Below are positions 1 to 12,399 of a stretch of 64,000 bases of DNA, piece after piece. The notes beneath the pieces are model-generated. The model saw only the letters and a list, made by a program, of their open reading frames with translations, ran no database searches and was not told the origin of the DNA. This DNA comes from Octopus vulgaris (taxonomy: Eukaryota). Every line of letters starts with the position of its first letter. Position 1 is the first letter of the stretch. The translations under genes and the position numbers were made by a program. The stretch spans positions 156,178,001-156,242,000 of the forward strand of contig OX597815.1 of the NCBI GenBank assembly GCA_951406725.2, given 5' to 3'.

Positions 1-21
1 TATATATATATATATATACAT

Positions 22-180
22 ATATACGACGGGCTTCTTTCAGTTTCCGTCTGCCAAATCCACTCAGAAGGCTTTAGATCATCCGAGACTATAGTAGAAA
101 CACTTGCCCAAGGTACCACGCAGGGGGACTGAACCCGAAAGCAAGTGGTTGGTAAGCAAGCTACTTACCACTCAGCCAGG
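22..180 (-). mobile_element. tRNA-derived SINE, family A (5' half)
   Basis: Reverse complement matches the head of the full copy at 3436 (GGCTGAGTGGTAAGTAGCTTG...GGTTCAGTCCC...GGAAACTGAAAGAAGCCCGTCG) and runs into the internal (AT)n at the window start. Confidence 0.85.
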
Positions 181-608
181 CTGTTTTGAGCTTGACTAAA
201 TCTTCGTGTGGTTCAGACATAAATCGCCATTCGTAAATCGAATTTTTGCAAAATATTTCATTTGGTATAAGTTCCTTTTTATCAAATAAACAATTGTATT
301 TTTAACAGTGTTGGCATAATATTTTCACTACATCTTTAATGAAATGTTGAAAAAAGGAACACCTATCTTAAAGTACTGAACGCATAAACAATAGATTTGT
401 TTCCATAAATGTAACAGCAGAATTCTTTAATTCAATTTTTGCTTTTTTCGTGATACGCATGTGCTTTCCTTAATGTTAACCTGAAGTCAGAAAGAAGGTA
501 ATAATTTTAAAGATGCTTACTCGAAGTAGATGCCAAAAAGAATAAGATTTAGTTTTGTACTTTTACTGAGAAGTTGAGAATTATAAAAGCGACATTTTTA
601 TGAAAATA

Positions 609-612
<4 letters not shown>

Positions 613-667
<55 letters not shown>

Positions 668-866
668 TACATATATATGATCCTTTGGTCCTACAAATTA
701 AATTTCTACTGTACTTGTTGGGGCCTAGAATATTTAGTTTCAGTAATTCTGTTTTATTTATAAATTTCTTGATTTTGTTTGTATTCATTGATAATGTTCA
801 ATGCAGCATGTGTCGTGTTTAATGATTGATTGTTTATTTCATAGCAGGCAAGGGATGTACTTGATA

Positions 867-903
<37 letters not shown>

Positions 904-1300
904 ACTTGGAGTCGTTTGTCGGTTCACGAGGTTTTTGAGGCTCCACGCATGCACACACACACACACGCATGCACGAAAACACACGCACGCAAACACACGC
1001 ACGCACACACATACACACACACATACACACACACACGCATGCACGCAAACACACGCACGCAAACACACGCACGCACACACACACACACATACACACACAT
1101 ACATACATAACCATACGCGTATGCGATATACACACTAACATGCATATATGTGCTTGTGTGTGTATGTTTGTCAGTGAGTTTGTGTGGTGAGTACACATGT
1201 ATGTATGTATGTATGTATGTATGCATGTATGTATGTATGTACGTATGTATGTATGTATGTATGTATGTATGTACGTATGTATGTATGTACGTATTTATGT
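613..1300. repeat. Compound microsatellite cluster (AT)n, (AC/GC)n, (GTAT)n
   Basis: Directly visible; it explains the low-complexity ORFs here. Confidence 0.95.
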
Positions 1301-1952
1301 GAGTGAGTGTGTATGGTTGCGTGTAAGTGTGTCAAACAACGCTATTTTTGAGTAGAGACAAACTATGCCAATCTGATAAGTAACAAGACACACATATATA
1401 TAATTTATTATCCAAGAAAATGAACCAAAGAAAACAGACATGAGTTTCTTCTCAAAGTCATAAGATTGATTTCTGTCTTGAATTCTTACTCCCCAGGTTC
1501 AAATATACTAACAACACTGAACGGGTGAGGTAGAATATTCACCATTACGAAATATTGTGTCGAGAGAAAATTTTTGAAATATTTTGGTAACTTATTTGCT
1601 TTATACGTCAAGTTACAACAAAGGCAGCCTAGCATTCAAAATGGAAGCCAACGTTTTGCACTGCCTGAAGTCACCTTTCTACCAGTTTATTTGATTCCAT
1701 AATGATACCATTACTCGTCCTTCGACGCTAAGAACGCCTTCACTGAAGCTTCCACCAAGTGTCTTATGGATAGGAACAAGTTATAAGGAGACCAATTGTT
1801 TAGCTACCAGACACAAAATACATAATAGCGTTGGTTTGTTCGATTAACACTGCAAGTCGGTGCTCCAGCATGGCCTTCCACTCTTTCTTCATATCCTCCA
1901 ATTTCTTTCGTCTTCATGCTGCCTCGTCTTCTTCCACCTCATTTTGTTGTTC

Positions 1953-1997
<45 letters not shown>

Positions 1998-2159
1998 CCA
2001 TTTACTTTTCTTTTCATTAACCAGTAATTCCTGCGGTCCATGATATCTTCAATGAAACTTAATCTACAATGTTAGTCACTTGAAGAGACAAATACCGATA
2101 AATAACATGCGCAGAAGTTTTGGGCAAATGTATACAAACATAATGGCACTCATGCATAC

Positions 2160-2224
<65 letters not shown>

Positions 2225-2229
<5 letters not shown>

Positions 2230-2788
2230 AAATAAAAACATGATGCAAAGGATGTAGCGGTACATATGTTTCGGATCTTTATTAGACGGTTTATAACAAT
2301 GCATAATTGATGTAAATGTGTGTCTATAGCCTTCTTCAGCCGTGTACAATTACTACTTCAAGGACATGTATTACATTATAAGTTTTACGTTGGGGATGCA
2401 AATCCTCATAGTCGCGTACGACAGAGCGAGGCACCAAAACAAAATCAAAGCGTCCATGTAGAATTCTACATCGAGTGAAAAACGGGATGGACGCTTTGAT
2501 CTTGTTTTGGTGCCTCGCTCTGTCGTACGCGACTATGAGGATTTGCATCCCCAACGTAAAACTTATAATGTAATACATGTCCTTGAAGTAGTAATTTTAC
2601 ACGGCTGAAGAAGGCTATAGACACACATTTACATCAATTATGCATTGTTATAAACGGTCTAATAAAGGCCCGAAACATATGTACCGCTAAGTCCTTTGCA
2701 TCATGTTTTTATTTTGATAAATATACTCTATCACCTACACCACTAAATTTTATATACAGGTGCTTACAATTATCAAGTATTCACCCTG

Positions 2789-2793
<5 letters not shown>
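2225..2793. mobile_element. Fold-back element between (TA)n tracts, Penelope-like pLTR type
   Basis: Arms of about 233 bp (2225-2457 and 2487-2719) with few mismatches, a 29-nt spacer, a unique tail at 2720-2793, and a hammerhead core in each arm. Confidence 0.8.
2602..2686 (+). ncRNA. Type-I hammerhead ribozyme-like motif with extended stem II
   Basis: CGG-CTGAAGA-(long stem II)-GAAAC-ATAT-GTA-CCG; stem III is the palindrome ACATATGT. Stem I is only 3 bp and there is an A-C mismatch at the base of stem II. Confidence 0.55.
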
Positions 2794-2849
<56 letters not shown>

Positions 2850-2963
2850 CATACCCACATACATACATGCATATATATGTGCGTGTGTGAATATATACAT
2901 ATATAAGTTAAAGAACACCGTTGCACCTATTTATCTAGCTATGTATCTATCTATCGATCGATC

Positions 2964-3059
<96 letters not shown>

Positions 3060-3204
3060 CACATGATCCTATGGTTGAGGAAGACAAAGTGAAGAATTGA
3101 ATCAATAAATGTTGTATGCTGCTATATTAGTAACAAAATCTTGAGGGAGGAAACTCATTATATCTATTTCTAGAAGGACATATTAGCATACACACACGCA
3201 AACT

Positions 3205-3235
<31 letters not shown>

Positions 3236-3435
3236 TAAAGGGTAAAATCAATAATAATTTTACCAGGTAGCCAATGCGGAAATAAATACCTTATAGGTAG
3301 ATATTACAAAATATTTTATAATTATATACACAATTATAACAAGGGATCGGCTTTATGCCTCACCACGCACGGTAAGAAATAGACGCTAAAGTCCTTTTTA
3401 CTACCTTAAAATCTCCGAAAATAACATACTTTATT

Positions 3436-3598
3436 AGGCGCAGGATTGGCTGTGTAGTAAGTAGCTTGTTTACCAACCACATGGTTCCGGGTTCAGTCCC
3501 ACTGCATGGCACCTTGGGCAAGTGTCTTCTACTATAGCCTCAGGCCGACCAAAGCCTTGTGAGTGGATTTGGTAGACGGAAACTGAAAGAAGCCTGTC

Positions 3599-3633
<35 letters not shown>

Positions 3634-3853
3634 TGTGTGTGTTTGTGCGTCTGTGTTTGTCCCCCTAGCATTGCTTGACAACCGATGCTGGTGTGTTCAT
3701 GTCCCCGTTACTTAGCAGTTCGGCAAAAGAGACCGATAGAACAAGTACTGGGCTTACAAAAGAATAAGTCTCGGGGTCGAGTTGCTCGATTAAAGGCTGT
3801 GCTCCAGCATGGCCGCAGTCAAATGACTGAAACAAAGTAAAAGAGTAAAAGAG
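3436..3853 (+). mobile_element. Full-length tRNA-derived SINE, family A, with internal (AT)n/(GT)n
   Basis: A-box and B-box-like head (TGGCTGTGTAGTAAG, GGTTCAGTCCC), a 3' tail ending in (GTAAAAGA)n, a possible TATT target duplication, and several other copies in the window. Confidence 0.9.
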
Positions 3854-4072
3854 TATTGTAGGCAAGCAAAAGAAAAATAATGAATCAATAAGGCGGATTA
3901 ACTATGGACGCGTTTCGAACGTAAAGTAAAAGATAATTTTTCTTATTTTTACTCCTCAGCAAAATATGAATTATACTCGGCGGTATAGTTTTACGAGTGT
4001 GGATAGATATCGGACATACGATGACACTAATCGCGTGCATATTTTGAAATACTCATGAATTTATATGAAATG

Positions 4073-4135
4073 CTATGCTGAAGAGTAACAGTAAGTAAAA
4101 TTATCTGTTACTTTAAGTTCGAAACGCGTCCATAG
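4073..4135 (+). ncRNA. Type-I hammerhead ribozyme motif
   Basis: CTATG-CTGAAGA-G...C-GAAAC-GC-GTC-CATAG: perfect 5-bp stem I, intact core, GUC cleavage triplet, stem III palindrome ACGCGT. Confidence 0.75.
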
Positions 4136-4306
4136 TTAATCAGCCTTATTGATTCATTAGTTTCCTTTTGCTTGCCTACATTAAGTGTGTTTTTCATGGA
4201 TATGTTAAGGTAGTAAAAGAGACTTTAGCGTCTATTTCTTACGGTGAGTGGTGAGGCATAAAGTCGACCTCTTGTCATAATTATGTATATAATTATAATA
4301 TATATG

Positions 4307-4460
4307 TGGAGGCGCAATGTCACAGTGGTTAGAGCAGCGGACTCGCGGTTTCGATTCCCAGACCGGGCGTTGTGTGTGTTTATTGAGCGAAAACATTTTC
4401 ACTCTCTGTGTTTTAGCTTTGTTGCTATGGCAACAGTTCGGATACTTATTGATCAGATCA
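4307..4460 (+). mobile_element. tRNA-derived SINE, family C, 5' fragment
   Basis: GGAGGCGCAATGTCACAGTGGTTAG...TTCGATTCCCAGACCGGGCGTTG matches the head of the copy at 61858-62169. Confidence 0.75.
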
Positions 4461-4461
4461 C

Positions 4462-4559
<98 letters not shown>

Positions 4560-6429
4560 CATGCCATTTGAAGTTGCCGTTCCGTATACGTTATATTTTA
4601 TGTTCCATTTTTTTACATTTATCATACCGGATTCATCTGTGTCTCTTCAGGCCTATGTAAATTTTGCGCGGAAGTATATAATCTTGTGGTATTTAAAACT
4701 CCCACACGCGCGCGCGCACGTATGTATTTATGTATGTATGTAGGTATGTATGTATTTATGCGTGTGTATATGCATCTGTGTCGTGTGTGTTTTTGTGTGC
4801 ATTAGTGATACTCTGCAGCTAAATTCAGGACATGAGAAATGTCGATGTTTTTGAATAGATAAAACAGAAAACAATATAGCAATTATGAGTAAGAAATATA
4901 GAGTAGATAGTATCGTTAGAGAAATCAATATGTTAGGTGAAGAGACGTTCACACTAACGAGGGTGGTGGGAGATGAAAAAAAACAAACAAAATATACAAA
5001 AGAAGAAGTCAGCTTATATGTAGATTCACAGTTACAAATATAGAAATTAAATTACTTATACGTAGGTTGGCACCTAAAATATAGAGAACTACCAACTAAA
5101 TATAGACTGACTGTGAGATCGAAAAAATATTCAATGAAAAAATATACAAAAATCAACTGAGAAACAATCTGCATTTGAATTAATATATAATAGGGTAAAA
5201 ATAATCGAATAAATGAATAAATAAATAAATTGATAAATAAAAATAACGAGTTTTAAATCAATTGTTATTTAAAAAAAAAACTCAGTATTTTGGCGGGGTA
5301 AAGAGAAAAATGACTGAGTAGTACTTAATTTGACATAAAATACGCGAGAATAATACGTAAATGAAACAGATGCAAATGTGTGATTTTAGCAGCTAATGTA
5401 TGAAAATAACGCATAATGTATTAAATGAATAATTGAACGATAAAAAAAATGTGAGAAAGATTTTATTTACACATCGCACAAACGGTCTTAACAGAAGGCA
5501 GTAACATGAATAACAGGCTATTTACGAAAAATTCATTAAATATATCTATTAAGTACCTAATTAAGTTGTCTATTTAGTACTAGCAATGAAGTTAAAAAAA
5601 GATACGAATCCCGATGGGCATAAATGCTATAGCTTCCTCCATACTTATTGACAGCAAAGAGAAATAAATTTGATTAAGAAATGTACAAGAAGTGTTTCCA
5701 GTATAATTTCTGTTTCTTAAACTGCCTTTGTGTAATTAATGATGATGTACTTTAAGACAAAGTTATTTAAATAGATGTGCCCAACGGAACTTGAGGTAAG
5801 CAAAATAACAATGAATTCGCTAGATACATGCACTGAAAAAAAAATTGGATGAATGAAAGTATTTCTGAGTATGAATACGAAACGGGAACAAATATGGGTG
5901 ATATCTGTAGAAATAACTGTCAAATGTTTCTCAAACCACATATTATCATCTGTATATATTTAACAGCAATGCACAATGTGCCAAGGAAAACTGGAACTTA
6001 ACATTTAAAAACACGTACATACATACATACATATGCATCGTGTATTCATAAATATACGTACATATATACGTACACACACATGCACACTGACACACACACA
6101 CACTGACACACATACACACATATACATAAGTGTATATATATATATATGTATGTATGTATATATGTATGTATGTATGTATGTGTGTGTGTATGTATGTATG
6201 TATGTAAGTATGAATATATACATGATAGATCGGTAGCCACTACTCATTCTTTATTTTCTTTCCTTGTTTCTTTCTGTGTTCCTTTCTCTGGAAGAGGGTA
6301 GGCTGGAAAGGTTAAAGACTTTTTCACTTCCCGAGCGTTATATAATACATCTGTTTGTTGTCTGCACCACCTGTCTTCGTTTTTTTTGTGAGTTCTCCAT
6401 GTGCATATATGTATATATACATAAATTGT

Positions 6430-6733
6430 ACATGCAATAAACAATAGTTTTAAAAAGACGAGGGATCAAAGGTTTAACGAATATTGAAATAGCTTAACGC
6501 TTAAGAGAACTGATAATACTCTAAATGTTTCGGACTTTAGCCCTCCATCAGAAGAAAGAGAAATTAGGAAATGAGAGGAATCTTCACCAAATGAGAAAAA
6601 AATGTAAAACAGTAAAACAAACTGGCGTAAGACAGAAAACAGCTGAGAATGCGATCTATGGCGGAATTATGGAGGAAGGGCTGATGTGTAATTATTGGAG
6701 TATATACATGTTTAGAGATATCATATATGTGTT

Positions 6734-6777
<44 letters not shown>

Positions 6778-7000
6778 TGAGTGTGGGGGGAGGCTTAGAA
6801 AAATATTGGGAAGAATGGAGACGTAGATTAGTTGTTGGCTGTGTGTGAAGAAAGAGTCGTTGTGAGGAGGTGGAAGAGCAAGTGAATTCGATGTAAAATG
6901 GAAGGCAAGTGGAATATGGAGAGTAAAATAGAATTGTGTTCAAAGGTATGAACGTGAGACAGTGTTCCAAGGAGGAAAGTATGAAGAAACAAGCAAAAGT
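6430..7000 (-). mobile_element. Degenerate Penelope-like element 3' end (GIY-YIG relic plus hammerhead relic)
   Basis: Minus-strand translation LNTILFYSPYSTCLPFYIEFT resembles the PLE GIY-YIG NxIYxxxCxxCxxxYIGxT motif. A decayed hammerhead (CTGATGGA GGGCT..AGTCC GAAAC ATT) follows at about 6520-6552. Confidence 0.45.
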
Positions 7001-8159
7001 GAAAGAAAAAGTGAAAAAGTGTTGGGTGTTCAAGAAGCACAGTGCGAGAAAAAAATTTCGATACAAAACACTGATAAAACTCATACACCCATACATACGC
7101 GCGCGCGTATTTATACGGTGCAACGGCAGAATAATTGATTCTTTGGGTGTAAAGATTCAGCCTCAACGTTGAAGATTCCTCTATTATGTTAAACGAATCA
7201 ACTCAATTTTATGTAAAACAGAAACCCGTACATAACGACATAACCAACCATACGTAGAAGCATATACGCATACACACGCATACATATACGTTCCAATGAG
7301 TACAATTTCTATTCGTATATGTGTCCCAGTAAGTACAGATACATACACAGACTTCAAATCCTACAAATGCTCACACAGACACAAAAGTGCATATTTACTG
7401 AGAGTGAGCAAACAGGCTTCCCCAGAACCCAGCAGCGAATGAAAACAACCAGTAAACAATTCAAACACATCACCATAGCAACACAACGGCCTACCTCCGT
7501 TCCTGTATAAAGAAATAACATATCTAGCTGAAAGTGTGGATCTTATCTCACATTACTTGAATAAATTATTTATCGACACAATCAGTAATTATGATATATA
7601 ATAGGACATTCAACTTATAAATAATACATAATGCACTACAAAGTTTATATAACTTATTACATTTCTTGTAGTGAAAACCTATGTTGTGTATTTCTCCAAT
7701 TTAAAAATATATATATATAAAACAATTTACAGTTAATAATTGTAAAACATTTCATTTTGACAGTGACTTTAAAGTCTAAGCGGTCATGCGAAGCTTAAAG
7801 CCTCATCCAAATGACATTTTTATATAATAATTTGAATGTACTTTCATCGGTAAATGTTCTGTTATAGCTAAACATGTTTTGTAGTAATTAATAAATAATT
7901 TCACTAATTAATAAATAAGAATAGTGTTTTTTATACGAAAAAGAAGATAAGTGTATAAAATTTGGATGGAAGATATCTCAGATTTAAAAGTAGTATTTAG
8001 ATTCGAGAAGATTAGTTAACGCAAAAAGATACATTCTCAAAGCCAAAAATAAAAAAAAACATCAGAATCTGAATTAGAATATTTGAAGAAAGGAGACAAG
8101 AAAAACGCCAGCAAGGATCGCAAGACAAGCAGATTGTAAGAAAATAAAGAAATAAAATG

Positions 8160-8540
8160 TCGTTGGTATGGTTGAGAGTTTCAGGATCTGACCTTGCATT
8201 CACATTGTTTTGGGTTCAGTCCTACTGCATGGCACCTTGGGCGAGTGTCTTCTTACCCAAGAAGCTCCGCGCGAACCAATACTGTGTTAACGAATTTCGA
8301 AGATGGACACTCTGTGGAAGCCCGTAATCTTTATACATATATACGTATATGTGTGTATGTGTTTGTGTTCATTGCTCCCGCTTGACAACCGGTATTAGTT
8401 TGTTATGACCCCGCGAACTGGCGGTTCGGCAGATCAGGGTCATATAACGTGTAATACTTTTAAAAGATAAATAATGAGATCGATTTGTTCGACTGATTTC
8501 TTTCAGCTGATGCTCCTAGCATAGCCGCAATTGAAAAAAA
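8160..8540 (+). mobile_element. Degenerate SINE, family A
   Basis: GGGTTCAGTCCTACTGCATGGCACCTTGGGCGAGTGTCTT and GCTTGACAACCGG match the copy at 3436. Confidence 0.75.
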
Positions 8541-8599
8541 AAAATCAACTAAGCAGAAGAAATTGAAATTATAAAATGTTAAACAAATAATAAACACGA

Positions 8600-9900
8600 G
8601 AGTATGAAACACTAGAATACCAACAGATTACCATCAAAACCCGAAATGAACAATATACACAGCAATGTAAATATGGATGATAAATGAGAATGAGAAATAT
8701 TTAAGACTAAGAAATTATATAGCTGCAAAATGGAAGATACAACTGAGAAAAATTTGTCATTGAATAAGACAGAATACAACAGACACAAACGAAGGAATAG
8801 CTGTGCAAGAATAGTATAGATTCGTATGTTTAAATGCAAAAAAATAGTAAGAATTAATAATCTTCACTCAGCAATATAATTATATTGTTATAAACTTGTC
8901 AATAAATATAATAGTGAGGAAAACAAGAAGAATAGTCACTATATTTTGAGAACAAAATATAACATTAGGATTATATTTACTCTGACACAGGGAAATGGGG
9001 GTTTTATGCAAGAAGAGCAAAAACTATAACGAGAAAAGTAAGTAATGAACAACAAAGCTAGAACAAATCAAAAATAGCGTAATTTTCTGTCGTCAAAGAA
9101 GCTAACATATGCAAAACAGAAGCTGATATGGCAAATTTCTGTAAATGAAAACAAGAAACATGACAGAAAATGTGGTAACACTTTAAACTAAGCTAAACAT
9201 TGGATTACAGAATACCACAAAAAAGCTTTGAAATGAAAACAAACATGGTAAATAATTGAAAAATTCCCGAAACAAGATGGTAAAAGACTGAAAAATCGTA
9301 ACATTAAATGAGACGAAGAGAATACTTGATAACACAAATTCAAAGCTGTCCCCTAACGACCACTGCATTCATATAATGAAGCAGAAGGCCATAAGTAGCT
9401 GCATGATACGTAAAGATTGAGAAAAACAATTAACCAAATATTCTCTATGAGCAAATACTTATCCAAAAATATATCTATCGGTGTTGACAGCACTATGAAA
9501 TACCAATATAAGATACGGTAATACACCACTACGCGAAAGAATCATATATTTGGATATGTCAGTCGACAAAGACGTAGAGATCAAGGATAATCGATCGGAT
9601 ATTGTCAAGAACATCAGGAAAATAAATATTTCATAGTCGAAGTATTAGATGGTAAAAGAAAACAACTGAAAATGGGGAGATTATCCAATAGGAAGATTAT
9701 CTATTATGGAAATAGACACAACCAGAGAGAAGAACAGAAAATAAGGATATCTATAATATTAGGTGCCATGTTAGTGGTTAAAGTAAATTACGTACTTTGT
9801 TACGTCAACCTTGGAGGAAGAGCAGGCAAATTTTATACCGGTGGAATTTGTACTCAGAACATAAGGAGTTGAGACAAATATTATAAGATATATTCCAATG
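8600..9900 (+). mobile_element. Highly decayed RLE-type non-LTR retrotransposon
   Basis: Around 9550-9607 it translates to DMSVDKDVEIKDNRSDIV, resembling WDxxxxTDxxIxxNRPDIV. A-rich coding-strand bias; boundaries vague. Confidence 0.45.
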
Positions 9901-10079
9901 CTCTAACATTAGTTGCCAAGTGGTGATCGCGCGCGCACACACATAAAATCGCGCACACAAACACTCTCTCACACACACGAACGCAAACACACACGCACAT
10001 ACACATACACACCTATTATCGGTCGCACATACATAGTGTATTTGTTTTGCTCATACGTCAAATTTGTTGCAGCATAGCG

Positions 10080-10296
10080 TCCAGGGGAAGCTGCCTACCC
10101 GAGGCACAGTGTTAAAGAACACCTGAATATCACAGACTGAATGTCATCGTTTCGAGATGACCCAGTACAAGGTATTGATAATGGTGAAAAATCTTTATCC
10201 ACCTTTCTCGGTGATTCCGAGGCGAGTTGTCTTGCCTGGTCTATGATATTCATGTGTTCTTTAAAACTAGGCCTCGTGTAGGGTGCCTACCTGGAA
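10080..10296. mobile_element. MITE-like element with about 58-bp imperfect terminal inverted repeats
   Basis: TCCAGG...CGAGGCACAGTGTTAAAGAACACCTGAATATCACAGAC pairs with GTCTATGATATTCATGTGTTCTTTAAAACTAGGCCTCG...CCTGGA. Confidence 0.65.
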
Positions 10297-11109
10297 TCGG
10301 CGACAGTGTTTACATTACTAGAGCTGCTTTTAAATCGTTATTTAATACATACAATTCAAGTGTAGATTATGCAATGTAATTGACGCAAGATCACATCATT
10401 CGTGGCTGCAAATTTTTTGCAAAATCAATTTATGCACATGTGCTCGATGTGACTAAAGGTATGTTGTTTAAGGAAGGAGCAGCCAATTTCGTTACGTCCA
10501 GGAAAGTCAAAACCCATGCTACGTCACTGCAATTACCATTCAACAATACAATTCAATACACAATGTAAACAACACATTCCTATCAGAAAGCAACATTAAA
10601 ACATTACACAACTCATGCAGCACATACAATGTTTCAGTACCAAAGAAAATAACACAAATTATATAGCTTATATGCTATACAAAATACTAAAGTAGTACTG
10701 GGGGTGGGGTGGGGGGTGTAATGTAACCTACAACGAAGCGAAACATAGCTTACTTACATAATTCTACTTCTTTAAATTTTATTACTGCACACCTTGGGAA
10801 GAGATTTGTATTTAGTAGGACAGGAGCAATTGGTATGAAACAGTTGAAATCAGTAGAAAATGATCTTAGAGACGTAAGTAATTTTTATCGATGTTATAAT
10901 CGGGGTGACAACAGGTGGCTTTAAAATGTTGCAAGAGAAATCGAACATAAAATAACGTAATTAATTGAACAGTCAAAAATAGAGTAAATATACTGAAAAC
11001 AATATGAATTCAGGCGAGGAGGTTTTAAGTGTCAAATTAAACGAAAATAGTTGCCATGAAGAATTCTATGGCAATAAGAAAGGTGTAGGTTTGTAACCTC
11101 AATAAGAGA

Positions 11110-12150
11110 AAGACATTGAGTAAATGTCAGAGTTTTATGAACCGGAATGTTTTCTTAGATTTCCAAAGTTATTGTTTTCAAAATCAGTTCCAAGAGTCAG
11201 TTTTGGTGATCATTTTTCTATTAATTTTATCACAAATTCTATGTCTACATCGCGTTCATTCACGACGATCGTTCTGTCTTTATAACTTATCGGAAAAATA
11301 GATACAAGTAATTAGTAAATGTTTAAGCATTGCCATTATAATTGGAATTATCCATAAGCATTCTATGGCTATCGTTTTAAAAGATATTGAGGCAAAATGA
11401 TTCCTAAAATCTTCAAAATCTTCAAAATTAAAAACGTAAAATATTCGGCAATGAAACCTAAATGAACGTGACCACATAGCACCAGGTACTGCTAAGTCAA
11501 TTTATCAACACAAACAAATGTGTTCAGCAAAACTGGTTCAAAGCTTTATTTACTGCCCAACAATGCCTTCTAGCTTTTTATGGTTACCTTTCAGTACAGA
11601 GAAAAAGAGAAACGTTCATGGGACTTGTAGACCTTCCGATACGGTGAGCTAGATAGTGTTAATGTTTAAATTAAAATTGTTGCAACTTCACACCTGCGGG
11701 AAAAATCAGAGAAGGTTTGTAGTGGTAAGTGCAGAACCTGGGAGGTTGATGGGATGAACGGATACAAAATAGATGACCATATTTCTGAATCAGTAGCAAA
11801 TCTGGCGAAAAGGTAAACCCGAGATTTGTGCACAAATAAATAGGACAGAATTGTTAAATGTAACAAGATATCTTTTTTTTTTTTAAAAAAAAGCACCCGT
11901 ATAACCTTCGGTGACCACGGAAACATAAATGCAAGAAATACTAAAGAAAAGTAATACGACGTAGCCGTAAAAAAAAGATGAAGACACCTATAACTCATTC
12001 ACCCTGAATATTGCGCATCCCTCGAGAGTTTGTGTTTAATAGATATATTTACGTTAAAATATTACAGTTATCATATTAATGGAATCCCAACCAAGAACGC
12101 TTATTGGTTATGGATCTGCAGCACCCATACTACAATAGTACACGCCAAAA
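11110..12150 (+). pseudogene. Ancient Helitron Rep-Hel (PIF1 helicase region) relic
   Basis: Decayed motifs in the order expected for Helitron RepHel: ..LSQILC..NLSEK, LKDIEAK, APGTAKS (Walker A-like, about 11479), HPEYCASLE and VIILM (about 12000-12085). Recognised by eye only. Confidence 0.35.
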
Positions 12151-12278
12151 CATGGAACACAACTGAAATCTATACAAAAGCAACACACTCTACAACATAA
12201 ATGAAATAAAGTAAGCAAAATGCAGACAGCTCCAGATATAACATTGTCAAGTAATAAAAAATAATAATATTAATAATA

Positions 12279-12310
<32 letters not shown>

Positions 12311-12399
12311 CGTGGCGGCGGCGGTTGTGGTGGTGGTGGTGATAAACATAAGCACCAACATAAATGAATTGATGCAGTGACGTAGTTAATATAATCGAC

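Larger units (their letters stand above)
3230..4303. mobile_element. Older fold-back PLE-type element interrupted by a SINE
   Basis: The left arm (3311-3435 plus 3854-3965) is the diverged reverse complement of about 4075-4303. Tail at 3230-3310, flanked by (TA)n. Confidence 0.75.

Noticed and set aside
3436-3510. tRNA-like sequences at SINE heads (also 47770 and 62100-62169)
   Set aside because: They have A/B boxes but no complete cloverleaf and continue into SINE bodies, so they are not tRNA genes.
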